Shown: positions 9,956 to 19,623, counted from the stretch's first letter. The stretch: DNA of 64,000 nt from an uncultured Acidobacteriota bacterium (GCA_963828465.1 CAWHEU010000025.1:142103-206102); one strand, 5' to 3'. Notes: generated by a model from the sequence alone, not told the origin. Numbers and translations are program-made.

Positions 9956-10737
9956 TCCTGTGCCAGGTCTTGGGAACTGTCGCTGGATCCGTCCATCGCC
10001 CAGAGGCGTTTCAGTGACGCCGATCCGGTGGTGACACGATGACCATCTCGACCCAGCGGTGAGACGATTCTCACGACCTCTCCGTATTCCTGGGCGAGCT
10101 CGATGTCGCCATCGACGACTGCGTGGAACAAGTTGGCATGCGCCTCGATCCGTCGACGCTCCCGGGAGGCTTCGGGCCCGGTATCGGGGAAGTCCACATC
10201 GATGATCAGAGCCTCGGCTGCATCGAGGAGGTTCTGGTAGATCAAACGCAAAGTGGCGCTGTCTGCAAGCTTCAACAGCAACCGGTGCCCCCTCCATATG
10301 ACGCGCTGGGTATCGAAGGAGATCTCGGCGTTGTCGAGATGTCCTGCGATCGCATCGAGTTCGGCGAGGTCTTTGGGGTCCCGATCGGCGGCTCGGGCAG
10401 CCGAGACGCCGAGGAGCGAGGTGAGGGCCTCTCGCAACTCGATATTCTCCCCGAGCGACTGGGCGTTTCTCGCCCACAATTGCTTTGTACCGAGGCGAAG
10501 CACCGGTTGAGACTGGGCGACGAAGACACCACCCTTCGGGCCCCGTCTCAGGGAGACCAACCCGTCATTGGCGAGGAGCTTCAGGGCCTGATCGAGAGTC
10601 GGCCCGGCGACTCTGAACTCGGCTTGTAGCTCGGACTTGAGACCGATCCGATCACCAGGCTCCAGATGCCCATCGGTGATCCGCTGCTCGATGACGCTCC
10701 GGATCCACTCCGGTACCGATTCCAATCTATCCATCAA
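9952..10737 (-). CDS. GntR/FadR-family transcriptional regulator
   Basis: N-terminal wHTH (LEPGDRI...LANDGLVSLRRGPKGGVFV) plus FCD-like C-domain. Confidence 0.85.
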   Translation of the reverse strand: MMDRLESVPEWIRSVIEQRITDGHLEPGDRIGLKSELQAEFRVAGPTLDQALKLLANDGLVSLRRGPKGGVFVAQSQPVLRLGTKQLWARNAQSLGENIELREALTSLLGVSAARAADRDPKDLAELDAIAGHLDNAEISFDTQRVIWRGHRLLLKLADSATLRLIYQNLLDAAEALIIDVDFPDTGPEASRERRRIEAHANLFHAVVDGDIELAQEYGEVVRIVSPLGRDGHRVTTGSASLKRLWAMDGSSDSSQDLAQD

Positions 10738-10801
10738 CGTTCATTCGGTCTCGACGATCCACGAAACAGGGTGGCCCACCCTCGGCGCTATTTTAGCCTC
10801 A

Positions 10802-11638
10802 ATGAGTTTAGGGAATGGCGGCCTGATCCCCACAGGGACATCGGACCTGTACAGCATTATCGGGCACCCGGTCACTCAGGTCCAGGCCCCGGGACTGTTC
10901 AACCAGTTCTTCGCAGAAACCGGAGCCGACGCGGTTTTCGTCGCCCTCGATCTCGACCCTGAGGGGGTCAGGTCCTTCTTCGAGGCAATGAGGGTCGCCG
11001 CCAATTACCGCGGGGGATTCGTGACCGTTCCTCACAAGGGAGCCGCTTCAGGCTGCATGGACGAGCTCACAACCCGGGCTCGTGCGCTCGGGTCAGTCAA
11101 TGCCGTCAAGAACGACCATGGCCGGCTGATCGGCGACATGACCGATGGGCCCGCGTTCCTCGAGGCAACCCGAGGGCGCGGGCTGGATGTTCGGGGTCGC
11201 CGAGTGGCGATGATCGGCGGGGGTCACGCAGCGACGGCGATAGCACATGCCTGCGCCGAACAGGGAGCAGCGGAACTGGTGATGAGCGTCCGCCGCACTG
11301 AGCGCCATGCCGAGCTGCGCCGGATAGTCGAGTCGGTCCCCGAACCACCCCAGCTCAGCTTCGACCTCGAAACCCTGGATGGGTTCGATCTCGTCATCAA
11401 CGGGACGACCGTGGGGATGGCGGACGACCCCAATGTCCCGTTCCCGGTCGACACGATGTCGCCGTCGTCACTCATAGCCGAGGTGGTGACTCAGCCAAGG
11501 GTGACTCCTTGGCTAAGAGCCGCGCTCGACCGAGGCTGTCGTGTCCAGTACGGACGGGACATGACGCGTGCCCAGACCCAGCTGGTCGGACCGTGGTGGG
11601 GTCTCGATCTCCCCCTTGTGGATTGGGACGCCGGCTAG
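10802..11638 (+). CDS. Second shikimate dehydrogenase-like protein
   Basis: IIGHPVTQVQAP, VTVPHK, GSVNAV, GDMTDG, INGTTVGM. Confidence 0.85.
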   Translation: MSLGNGGLIPTGTSDLYSIIGHPVTQVQAPGLFNQFFAETGADAVFVALDLDPEGVRSFFEAMRVAANYRGGFVTVPHKGAASGCMDELTTRARALGSVNAVKNDHGRLIGDMTDGPAFLEATRGRGLDVRGRRVAMIGGGHAATAIAHACAEQGAAELVMSVRRTERHAELRRIVESVPEPPQLSFDLETLDGFDLVINGTTVGMADDPNVPFPVDTMSPSSLIAEVVTQPRVTPWLRAALDRGCRVQYGRDMTRAQTQLVGPWWGLDLPLVDWDAG

Positions 11639-11698
11639 GTCAGTCTATTTTCAAGCGGGAATCGGGGCTACGGGTCTCGACCGATATCCTCTAAAGCG

Positions 11699-13324
11699 AT
11701 GACGCCTGACAACAACCTCGTGCTCACCGGGTTCATGGGGACCGGAAAGACGACCGTCGGGCAACAGTTGGCTCGAAAACTCGGCCGTGAGTTCGTCGAC
11801 ACTGATCTCGTCATCGAAGAACGCCACGGCCCGATCCACGAGATCTTCGAGAGACAAGGAGAGACTGCGTTCCGTGACATCGAGCGCTCCTTGGCGCACG
11901 AGCTCGGCCAGCGAAAGGGCCTCGTGATCGCAACGGGTGGCCGAATGCTCCTCGATCGGGAGAACTTCAAGGCCTTGAGCAAGAACGGTCGGATCTTCTG
12001 TCTGGTAGCCACACCTGAGGAGATCTACGACCGGGTGACGGGCGATCCTGTCCGCGTCAACCGTCCGTTACTCGAAGTGGCGGACCCCAAGCAACGGATC
12101 ATCGAGCTGCTTGGCGAACGTGGTCCGGACTACGAACGCTTCCCTCAGCTGACCACTGATCAAATCGAGCCGGACGGCATCGCGGAGGAACTCGCCGACC
12201 TGTGGGAAGGGCACGACACCTACCCGATAGCAAATCCAAGCGGCGGCTACGAGTTCACGGTTGGCGCCGGGATCCTTCCATTTCTCCACCAGCTTGCATC
12301 GATACGTGGCCCATCGGTCGTCATCACCGATGACGTTGTCTATGACCTGTATGGGCATAGCCTCGGCGATTCAGACCTGACGATCACGTTGCCGGCCGGC
12401 CGCCACCAGAAGACGGTGGATTCGGTCCAGATCGTGTACGACCGGCTACTCGAAGCGGGTATTGATCGCTCGGCAACCATCGTTTCGCTCGGGACCAGCA
12501 TCATCGGTGACATCGCCGGCTTCGCGGCGGCCACGTACCTGCGCGGGGTGGATCTCGTCCACTGTCCCACCAACCTCATCGCCATGATCGACACGAGTAT
12601 CGGCGGCAAGGTGGGTCTGGATACTCCCCAGGGGAGAAACCTGGTCGGGCTCTACAAGCAGCCGAAGGCGGTGCTTGCCGACGTGGCCACGCTGCAGACT
12701 CTGCCCGATCGAGATTTCTTCTCGGGCCTGGCAGAAGTCATCAAGCACGGGCTGATCGCGAGCTCCTTCTTGCTCGACCACATCAAAGAGACCGACTGGC
12801 GCAGCAATACGCGGTTGTCACCAGGAGCCCTCGCCAATCTCCAGTATCTCGTCGCTCAGGCGATACAGATCAAGATCGCAATCGTCCAGGAGGACCCGTT
12901 CGAGGAATCGGGTCGTCGAACCGTCCTCAACCTCGGTCATACCTTTGCCTACGCGATCGAACACACCACTGGCGGTGAATGGAATCATGGCGAGGCAGTG
13001 GCTGTCGGCCTCATCGCGTCCGCGCGTCTGTCTGAGCTCACCGGCCACGCCGCCACGGGGTTGTCCGACGTAGTGGAGGCCTTCGTCTCACACGTCGGGC
13101 TGTCGACGCGACTACCCGACGGAATCCCTCCGCGAGCCCTCGTAGAAGCGATGCAGACAGACAAGAAGAGGGTTGGCGGTCAGCTCAGATTCGTGCTTCT
13201 CAGAGATGTCGGAGACCCATTCGTAGCCGATGACATCACCGAGTCGGAAGTGCTCGAGGTGCTCGAGGGGATGTACCAGAACGGATCGGCTGAGCAGCAC
13301 GACGTCACTGCCCACACGGCGTAG
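11699..13324 (+). CDS. aroKB: Bifunctional shikimate kinase / 3-dehydroquinate synthase (AroK-AroB)
   Basis: GFMGTGKTTVG and ATGG (AroK); DIAGFAAATYLRG, DTSIGGKVG, EVIKH, LNLGHTFA, HGEAV (AroB). Confidence 0.92.
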   Translation: MTPDNNLVLTGFMGTGKTTVGQQLARKLGREFVDTDLVIEERHGPIHEIFERQGETAFRDIERSLAHELGQRKGLVIATGGRMLLDRENFKALSKNGRIFCLVATPEEIYDRVTGDPVRVNRPLLEVADPKQRIIELLGERGPDYERFPQLTTDQIEPDGIAEELADLWEGHDTYPIANPSGGYEFTVGAGILPFLHQLASIRGPSVVITDDVVYDLYGHSLGDSDLTITLPAGRHQKTVDSVQIVYDRLLEAGIDRSATIVSLGTSIIGDIAGFAAATYLRGVDLVHCPTNLIAMIDTSIGGKVGLDTPQGRNLVGLYKQPKAVLADVATLQTLPDRDFFSGLAEVIKHGLIASSFLLDHIKETDWRSNTRLSPGALANLQYLVAQAIQIKIAIVQEDPFEESGRRTVLNLGHTFAYAIEHTTGGEWNHGEAVAVGLIASARLSELTGHAATGLSDVVEAFVSHVGLSTRLPDGIPPRALVEAMQTDKKRVGGQLRFVLLRDVGDPFVADDITESEVLEVLEGMYQNGSAEQHDVTAHTA

Positions 13325-13380
13325 GGGTCATCAGAACAGAGCCGACCTCGCTTACCTGGACCGGGGTCACGGCCCGCCGG

Positions 13381-14496
13381 ATGGCCCGCCACGCCTTGAC
13401 CGGGCCGGCAAGCGACCTCAGCGCAGCGGACATCGCCGGCGTGATGTGCGGTGCCCATGCCCAGGTTCTCAGCGCCGCTGAGTTCTCGATCGGGAGGCGC
13501 ATCGCCGGGGCGACCCGCGCCCACGTCCAGCGAGCCCTTTGGGAGGAACGCACGCTGGTCAAGACCTTCGGTCCGCGCGGCACGGTGCACCTGCTGCCCA
13601 CCGCCGACCTGCCGATGTGGACCGGGGCGTTGTCGGCCTTGCCGTCCTCGGTCCCGATGCATCCTGAGCCGGTCCGATTCACACCCGAGCAGGCCGACGA
13701 GGTCATCGCGGCCATCGGCGACTCCCTTACGGACGCTGAGCTAACCGTGGACGAGCTGACCGAGGCGATTGTGGACCGAACCGGCGCGTGGGCCGGTGAA
13801 CGAACAATGGACGCGTTTCAGGACAAGTGGCCACGCTGGCGCCTGCTGACCAGCACGGCCGCACACCGCGGTGTGCTCTGCTTCGGGCCGAACCGGGGCC
13901 GAAACGTGACCTACACCAACCCCCACCGCTGGCTGCCAGGCTTCCAACCCGACGACGACGCGGTGGCGATCCGCACCCTCGTCACGCGATACCTTCACGC
14001 CTACGGCCCGGCCACGCCCCAGCACTTTGCCCGATGGCTCAACATTCCGCCGCGGAGGGCAGTCGATCTCTTCAACGAGCTCGCATCCGGCCTGGAGGAG
14101 GTAGAGATGGAAGGTGAGGCGGCGTGGGTGATTGTCGGCGATGTCGGGACGCCGAACCAGCCGCACAGGGGGATCACCCTGTTGCCCTACTTCGATGCTT
14201 TCGTCGTTGCCGGTCAGCCTCGGAACCTGCTCTATCCGGGCGCGGCGGCGATCCGTGCCCTCACCCCGTCGGGCCAGGCCGGCAACTACCCGGTACTCCT
14301 TATCGATGGTGTGGTTGGTGGCGTTTGGCACCAGAAGCGATCCGGTCAAAACCTCGCCATCACCGTCGAACCGCTGAGCAAGTTGACGACAACCCAACGT
14401 CGTCAGCTCGATGAGGAAGTAGATCTCTTAGGCCAGGTCATGGAGGCCAAGCCAACCCTGACGATTGGCGCCGTGACGGTGGGAGCCCACGCCTGA
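13381..14496 (+). CDS. AlkZ/YcaQ-like (HTH_42) DNA cross-link repair glycosylase
   Basis: HAQ catalytic-type motif, RGTVHLL, YLHAYGPAT, LLPYFD, LIDGVVGGVW. Confidence 0.85.
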   Translation: MARHALTGPASDLSAADIAGVMCGAHAQVLSAAEFSIGRRIAGATRAHVQRALWEERTLVKTFGPRGTVHLLPTADLPMWTGALSALPSSVPMHPEPVRFTPEQADEVIAAIGDSLTDAELTVDELTEAIVDRTGAWAGERTMDAFQDKWPRWRLLTSTAAHRGVLCFGPNRGRNVTYTNPHRWLPGFQPDDDAVAIRTLVTRYLHAYGPATPQHFARWLNIPPRRAVDLFNELASGLEEVEMEGEAAWVIVGDVGTPNQPHRGITLLPYFDAFVVAGQPRNLLYPGAAAIRALTPSGQAGNYPVLLIDGVVGGVWHQKRSGQNLAITVEPLSKLTTTQRRQLDEEVDLLGQVMEAKPTLTIGAVTVGAHA

Positions 14497-14499
14497 GTG

Positions 14500-14934
14500 T
14501 CAGATGCGGCTCGCGTACGCGAATCTCTCGAAAGGCCACTTTTCCGCCAGCCACTCGCTGACGGACCGCCACACCACCGGATCCATTTCGGCTCGGCTCG
14601 CCGTAACCCACGAGCTGACCTCGGCGTCGTGTCCCTCGTCCTCAGCGGGGTCGATGTAGAGGCACCCGATCACGTCGTCCCCGTCGAGGACGGAGTAGGC
14701 GAACGCCTTCCGGTCGGTGAACTCGCGGGCGTGTCCCTCCAGATCTGACATGTTCTCCTCGATCGTCATGGGTGATGGCCAGCCACCGTCCATGCCGGGC
14801 GTGGCGCGGATGTGCTCGATGCTCGACATCCACGCCCTGTGGTCACGTTCGTTGTGGGCCGGCCCCAACGGCTCGAGCCGAAAACCGGGACCTGCGAAGT
14901 CCGTCGGCACAACGAAGTCGTCCGGAACGAACAT
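14500..14934 (-). CDS. GNAT-like N-acetyltransferase
   Basis: FRLEPLGPAHNERDH, FAYSVL, IGCLYIDP, WLAEKWPF. Confidence 0.7.
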   Translation of the reverse strand: MFVPDDFVVPTDFAGPGFRLEPLGPAHNERDHRAWMSSIEHIRATPGMDGGWPSPMTIEENMSDLEGHAREFTDRKAFAYSVLDGDDVIGCLYIDPAEDEGHDAEVSSWVTASRAEMDPVVWRSVSEWLAEKWPFERFAYASRI

Positions 14935-14942
14935 GACGGCGG

Positions 14943-15404
14943 CTACGACCGGTCGTCGGTCTCGGCGTCGACGATCTCGTATTGCAGGACTTCCTGCGAC
15001 TCCCAATCCGGGCGCACGCGGCGGTTGCCGGTGAGCACATTGGCGCGACCCGACAGCCTTTTCGTGATGTTGCGGTAGACCATGTCCCTCACAGCCGGGA
15101 TCAGGAGCAGGAAGCCGAGAGTGTCGGTGATGAATCCCGGTGAGATCAGAAAGGCGCCGGACACGAGGATGGCGGCCCCGTCACTCAGCTCACGCCCCGG
15201 GAGCACCCCCTGGTTCACCTTGCCCCGGAACCGACCCCATACCGAGACCCCGGCGCGACGGACCAGGACGGATCCCAGCACCGCTGTGACCAGGGCAATG
15301 CCGAGGGCCCAGCCGAACCCGATCATCGATCCGACCCAGATGAATGCCGCCATCTCGGCAAGGGCCACGACAGTGAAGAGAAACACCAACCGCATCGACA
15401 CCAA
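14943..15404 (-). CDS. fxsA: FxsA family membrane protein
   Basis: LISPGFITDTLGFLLLIP signature; hydrophobic N-terminus. Confidence 0.85.
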   Translation of the reverse strand: MVSMRLVFLFTVVALAEMAAFIWVGSMIGFGWALGIALVTAVLGSVLVRRAGVSVWGRFRGKVNQGVLPGRELSDGAAILVSGAFLISPGFITDTLGFLLLIPAVRDMVYRNITKRLSGRANVLTGNRRVRPDWESQEVLQYEIVDAETDDRS

Positions 15405-15432
15405 CGCTACCGGCGGCCGCGACTAACGACTC

Positions 15433-16725
15433 TCAATCGCCCCAGAACACCGACGGATTCAAAGTTCGATCCGGATCGAGCGCTTCCTTGACACGGCGCT
15501 GCAACTCCAGGACTGCAGGCTCTGTGGTCCGCCGCCACCAATCGGCCTTGGCGACGCCGATCCCGTGCTCGCTGGCAATGACGCCATCGAAGGCGACGAC
15601 GAGCTCCAGCACACGGTCGACCACCTCCTCGGGATCATGACTGCCAACGACATTCACGTGGAAGTTCCCTTCCGCCAGGTGCCCGAATAGGTAGGTCTGC
15701 CCTCCGAGGTCCAGGTGTTCAACCGCAATGGCGAAGTCGTCGACCCGATCGAGCGGGACCGCCACGTCGAGCTTGACCGGGATCCCCAGACCGTTGAGCG
15801 TCTCAGTAATCGACTCCCGGTAAGCCCAAAGCGTGCGATCCACGACCGCGACGGCATTCTCAGGAACAGGAGGAGGATCTCCGGATTCGATGAGAACGTA
15901 GAAAGGAGCTTCAGAAGTGAGGGGTTTGGGGAGGCCACGATGTTCGATCACTGCCTCCAGACAGGCCCTGTCGAAGAACTCGATCGCACGGACCTCGGGG
16001 CCAAGGAAGCCGAGACCCTCGCCGAGCGTCTTCAGGGCCACGAGCACCACCATCGGCGCCCCCGCCTCACCTGGCTGAAGTCTCAGCGTCGCCGCCGTGA
16101 TGACACCGAGGGTCCCTTCACTGCCGACCATCATCTGTAGAGGATCGGGGCCGAGGCTCGCTTTGGGCATCCCGTCGAGGCCGGACAGAAGAGTCCCGTC
16201 GGCCAAGACCACTTCCAGGCCCAGCACTTGACGACGGGTGTCCCCGTTGGACACGACATGTGTGCCCCCGGCATTGGTGGCAATTGTCCCTCCGATCGTG
16301 GCCGAGTCACGGGAGGCGAGATCGACCCCGTACCGGAGCCCGGCCCGACGAGCGTGCTCCTGGACGGATCCGATCGTGACTCCCGCCCCGACCGTCACCG
16401 AGAGCTTCCCGGCGTCAATAGGCCCTATCTGGTCGAGACGTCGCAGCGAGAGCACGATCTCGCCGTGGTGAGGCACCGAGCCCCCGACCAGACCGGTATT
16501 CCCGCCCTGGGGCACCACCGCCATCCGGGCGCTGTGACAGATCCGGAGCAACGCCTGGACATCTTCAACGGAACCTGGCCTTATCACTGCGGCGGTGTGG
16601 CCCGTCCACCGACCGGTCCAGTCACGGACATAGCCGACCACCATGTCGGGCTCAGTCAGGACATGAGCCTCGCCCACGACCTCGCGGAGCGCCCTGAGGA
16701 CGGCCTCTTCGCTCCCGAACGTCAT
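15433..16725 (-). CDS. FAD-linked 2-hydroxyacid oxidoreductase (GlcD/D2HGDH family)
   Basis: PQGGNTGLVGG, TIGGTIATNAGG, GSEGTLGVIT, FGHLAEGNFH, SEHGIG. Confidence 0.88.
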   Translation of the reverse strand: MTFGSEEAVLRALREVVGEAHVLTEPDMVVGYVRDWTGRWTGHTAAVIRPGSVEDVQALLRICHSARMAVVPQGGNTGLVGGSVPHHGEIVLSLRRLDQIGPIDAGKLSVTVGAGVTIGSVQEHARRAGLRYGVDLASRDSATIGGTIATNAGGTHVVSNGDTRRQVLGLEVVLADGTLLSGLDGMPKASLGPDPLQMMVGSEGTLGVITAATLRLQPGEAGAPMVVLVALKTLGEGLGFLGPEVRAIEFFDRACLEAVIEHRGLPKPLTSEAPFYVLIESGDPPPVPENAVAVVDRTLWAYRESITETLNGLGIPVKLDVAVPLDRVDDFAIAVEHLDLGGQTYLFGHLAEGNFHVNVVGSHDPEEVVDRVLELVVAFDGVIASEHGIGVAKADWWRRTTEPAVLELQRRVKEALDPDRTLNPSVFWGD

Positions 16726-16807
16726 CGAGCGACTCTATGCAGCGCGGCTTCCTGCTCTCCGCCGGTTCCCAAAATGTGCATTCGCATTAGGTTGGAGAGT
16801 CACAACC

Positions 16808-18229
16808 ATGCCGATGACCGAGTTTCACTACGAGCCGCTGTCTTATCTCGATGCGTCATTCCTGGCGCTGGAGACCAAGACCAGCCACATGCATGTCGCC
16901 GGGGTGGCGCTCCTCGATGCCGCCCCGCTGAAGGGCGAGGACGGTGGCATCGACATCGCCCGTATCCGTGCCCATGTCGAGTCGAAATTGCGCTACATAC
17001 CGCGCTACCGACAACGACTCGACTGGGTTCCATTCGACAGGCGACCGGTCTGGGTGGACGACGAGCATTTTTCCATTGACTACCACCTCCGCCACAGCTC
17101 ACTCCCCCGCCCAGGAACCGAGAGCCAGCTCAAACAACTAGCCGGGCGAATCGTCTCCACCCCGCTCGACAGGAGCAAGCCACTCTGGGAGCTCTGGGTC
17201 GTCGAGGGGCTCGACGACGATCGGTTCGCCCTGATCGCCAAGATCCACCACTGCATGATCGACGGCCTCTCCGGGGTGGACCTGACGACCATCCTGCTCA
17301 ACGTCGTCCCCAGCTCCGAGGTCGAAGAGCCAGAAGTTTGGGTGCCACGTCCCGCCCCCACCCCCACCCAACTCTCGGTGGCCGAGGTCGCTCGTCTCAC
17401 CGGTCGCCTGGTCGACCGACTCACTCACCTGTCGGAGGCGGTGCGAGACGGCGTCATGCTCACCGATCGAACGCTCGACAAATCGGCGGCTGCCTTCTCA
17501 TCCCTCCGCTCGGGCTGGCTGCGAGCCGCCGACCGCACGCCGCTCAACCCTGATATCGGTCCCAACCGGCGGTTCGACTGGACGGATACGCCTCTCGAGG
17601 CCATCAAGGATCTCAAGAACAAGCTCGGCGGCTCGGTCAACGACGTCGTGCTCGCCATCACCGCGGGCGCGGTGCGACAGTTCCTCATCGAGGAGCGTGG
17701 CTACGACGTCAGCGGCGCCGAGTTCCGGGTGATGAATCCGGTGTCGACCCGCAGCGCGGCCCAGCGAGGCGCTCTCGGCAATCAGATCGCCATGTGGCTC
17801 CTCGACCTTCCGATTCAGGAGGCCGACCCTCGGGTCCGGTTCGAGAAGGTCAGGGAGGCAACGGGCAACCTGAAGAAGACGAACCAGGCGCTGGGAGCGG
17901 CGACCCTCGTCGAAATCAGTTCGGGAACACCGATCACCCTGCTCTCGCTGGCAAATCGCGTCGTGGGGCAGAAGATCAGGCCCTTCAACATGACGGTGAC
18001 CAACATCCCCGGCCCGCAGTTCCCGATGTATCTGTTGGAGTCAGAGATGATCGCCAACTACGCGATGGTTCCGTTGTGGGCGCAGCACGGGCTCGGAATC
18101 GCCCTCTTCTCCTACAACGGGCGCCTGCTCTGGGGCATTCACGCCGATTACGACACGCTGCCCGACTCCGACCGCTTCCTTGCAGCCATCCAGGACTCGT
18201 TCCGGGAGCTTCAGAACCTGCCGTCGTGA
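16808..18229 (+). CDS. Wax ester synthase/diacylglycerol acyltransferase (WS/DGAT)
   Basis: Catalytic HHCMIDG, PLDRSKPLWE, SVNDVVLA, TNIPGP. Confidence 0.93.
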   Translation: MPMTEFHYEPLSYLDASFLALETKTSHMHVAGVALLDAAPLKGEDGGIDIARIRAHVESKLRYIPRYRQRLDWVPFDRRPVWVDDEHFSIDYHLRHSSLPRPGTESQLKQLAGRIVSTPLDRSKPLWELWVVEGLDDDRFALIAKIHHCMIDGLSGVDLTTILLNVVPSSEVEEPEVWVPRPAPTPTQLSVAEVARLTGRLVDRLTHLSEAVRDGVMLTDRTLDKSAAAFSSLRSGWLRAADRTPLNPDIGPNRRFDWTDTPLEAIKDLKNKLGGSVNDVVLAITAGAVRQFLIEERGYDVSGAEFRVMNPVSTRSAAQRGALGNQIAMWLLDLPIQEADPRVRFEKVREATGNLKKTNQALGAATLVEISSGTPITLLSLANRVVGQKIRPFNMTVTNIPGPQFPMYLLESEMIANYAMVPLWAQHGLGIALFSYNGRLLWGIHADYDTLPDSDRFLAAIQDSFRELQNLPS

Positions 18230-18621
18230 GCAATCTCGATCTCGCCGACGGGCTGCGGATGATGCAGCAGGCGGGAGAGGATGGATACTTCGGGCACGAG
18301 GCCCATCTCCGATTCGCCTGGACCGTGCTCGAAGAAGCCGACGACGTGGAGGATGCCGAACGGGTCACCTGCCTGACGATCCGCCATGCGGCCGACATCG
18401 GCGGTAACCCCGCCAAGTACCACGCCACCGTCACGATGTTCTGGATCCGGCTGCTCGCGCATTTGCGAGAAGCCCATCCCGACGTAACGTCGGTCGGGCA
18501 AATGCTCGATGTGTACCCGCCGCTTGGCGATCCTTCACTGCCCGAAAGACATTGGTCGAACCTCGACAGCGAAGAGTCGAAGACATCCTGGGTTGATCCG
18601 GATCTGATCCCGCTTCCGTGA
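18226..18621 (+). CDS. Conserved hypothetical protein (HxxHLRxAW...YHxT motif)
   Basis: GTGA overlap with WS/DGAT; FGHEAHLRFAW and KYHATVTMFW. Confidence 0.7.
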   Translation: MSNLDLADGLRMMQQAGEDGYFGHEAHLRFAWTVLEEADDVEDAERVTCLTIRHAADIGGNPAKYHATVTMFWIRLLAHLREAHPDVTSVGQMLDVYPPLGDPSLPERHWSNLDSEESKTSWVDPDLIPLP

Positions 18622-19505
18622 CGTTGCTCGCTGCGCTGGCCGGCGCCGTGGCCATTTCCTTCTCGGCCATCCTCTACGCCCTGGCCGAGGTATCACCGAT
18701 CACGGGAGCGTTCTTCCGTGTGTTCTACGCACTCCCGATCCTGTTCGTTCTGTGGTGGGTGCGGCGCCGGGAAGATCACCGAACCCACAACAAGCGGTGG
18801 GTAGCGGTGGCCGCCGGGATCTTCCTCGGCCTCGACATCCTGGTCTGGCACATCTCTATCGAATACATCGGCGCCGGCCTGTCGACGCTCATCGCCAATT
18901 CACAGGTGGTCGTCGTAGCGGTGATCGCCTGGATCTTTCTCGGCGAGCGCCCCAGCCGTCAGGTGGCCATCGCCGTACCCGTGGTCTTGATCGGCGTGAG
19001 CCTGGTGAGCGGTCTCGGCCGGGGGGACGCATTCGGCTCAAACCCGCTGCTCGGCACGATCCTGGCCCTGGCGTCGGCTCTCCTGTACGCCGGGTTCATC
19101 CTCGGCTTCCGGATCTCCAACGACATCCAGGCTCCGTCGGCCGGACCGCTCCTCGAGTCAACCGCCGGCGCTGCCCTCGCCATTCTCTTGGCGGGGACCC
19201 TGACCGGGGGTGTCGAGTTCACTCCGACTTGGCCGGCGCATGGCTGGCTGCTCGTCCTCGCCCTGACCTCTCAGGTGGTCGGCTGGCTGCTGATCGGATA
19301 CGCATTGCCCAGGCTCCCCGCCGTCGAGACCGCCACGATCATCCTCCTCCAGCCGGTCCTGACCATGATCTGGGCCGTCCTCATATTCTCGGAGAGCCCC
19401 TCGACCATCCAATGGGTCGGCGCCGCCCTCGTCTTGTCCGGTGTCGGCTTCGTCGCCATCTCCCGCGCCCGCCGTACCCCCGAAATCGCGCCGGCGCAAC
19501 CCTGA
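18618..19505 (+). CDS. EamA/DMT-family transporter
   Basis: About 10 TM helices, duplicated EamA pattern, GTGA overlap with the previous gene. Confidence 0.88.
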   Translation: MTLLAALAGAVAISFSAILYALAEVSPITGAFFRVFYALPILFVLWWVRRREDHRTHNKRWVAVAAGIFLGLDILVWHISIEYIGAGLSTLIANSQVVVVAVIAWIFLGERPSRQVAIAVPVVLIGVSLVSGLGRGDAFGSNPLLGTILALASALLYAGFILGFRISNDIQAPSAGPLLESTAGAALAILLAGTLTGGVEFTPTWPAHGWLLVLALTSQVVGWLLIGYALPRLPAVETATIILLQPVLTMIWAVLIFSESPSTIQWVGAALVLSGVGFVAISRARRTPEIAPAQP

Positions 19506-19623
19506 ACCTCAGGTTCCCAGGCCCGGATACGGGTCTAAACGCCTCACGTTCGACGCCCTTGACAGAGACTCTTCCGAACCTGAGGCAGCTCGGCCCGGAT
19601 ATGGAACGCAGAACCTGAGGTTC
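19504..19623. repeat. Inverted pair of 49-bp palindromic elements (REPIN/MITE-like)
   Basis: 19504-19552 and the reverse complement of 19575-19623 both start GAACCTCAGGTTC and end GCCTCA(C/G)GTTCG. Related copies at 47768-47807 and 48788-48831. Confidence 0.8.

Noticed and set aside
9098-10477. 459-aa shikimate dehydrogenase with a long N-terminal extension
   Set aside because: The extension is an alternate frame of gntR; the real start is TTG 9955.
10768-10782. Palindrome AGGGTGGCCCACCCT between divergent gntR and the shikimate dehydrogenase
   Set aside because: A single short GC-rich palindrome with no second copy near the other cluster promoters; insufficient to call an operator.
11699-13324. 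AroK-AroB fusion as a novelty
   Set aside because: Bifunctional AroKB proteins are already well known.
19504-19623. Possible mini-CRISPR array
   Set aside because: The units are inverted rather than direct, there are only two, and no cas genes or regular spacers are present.
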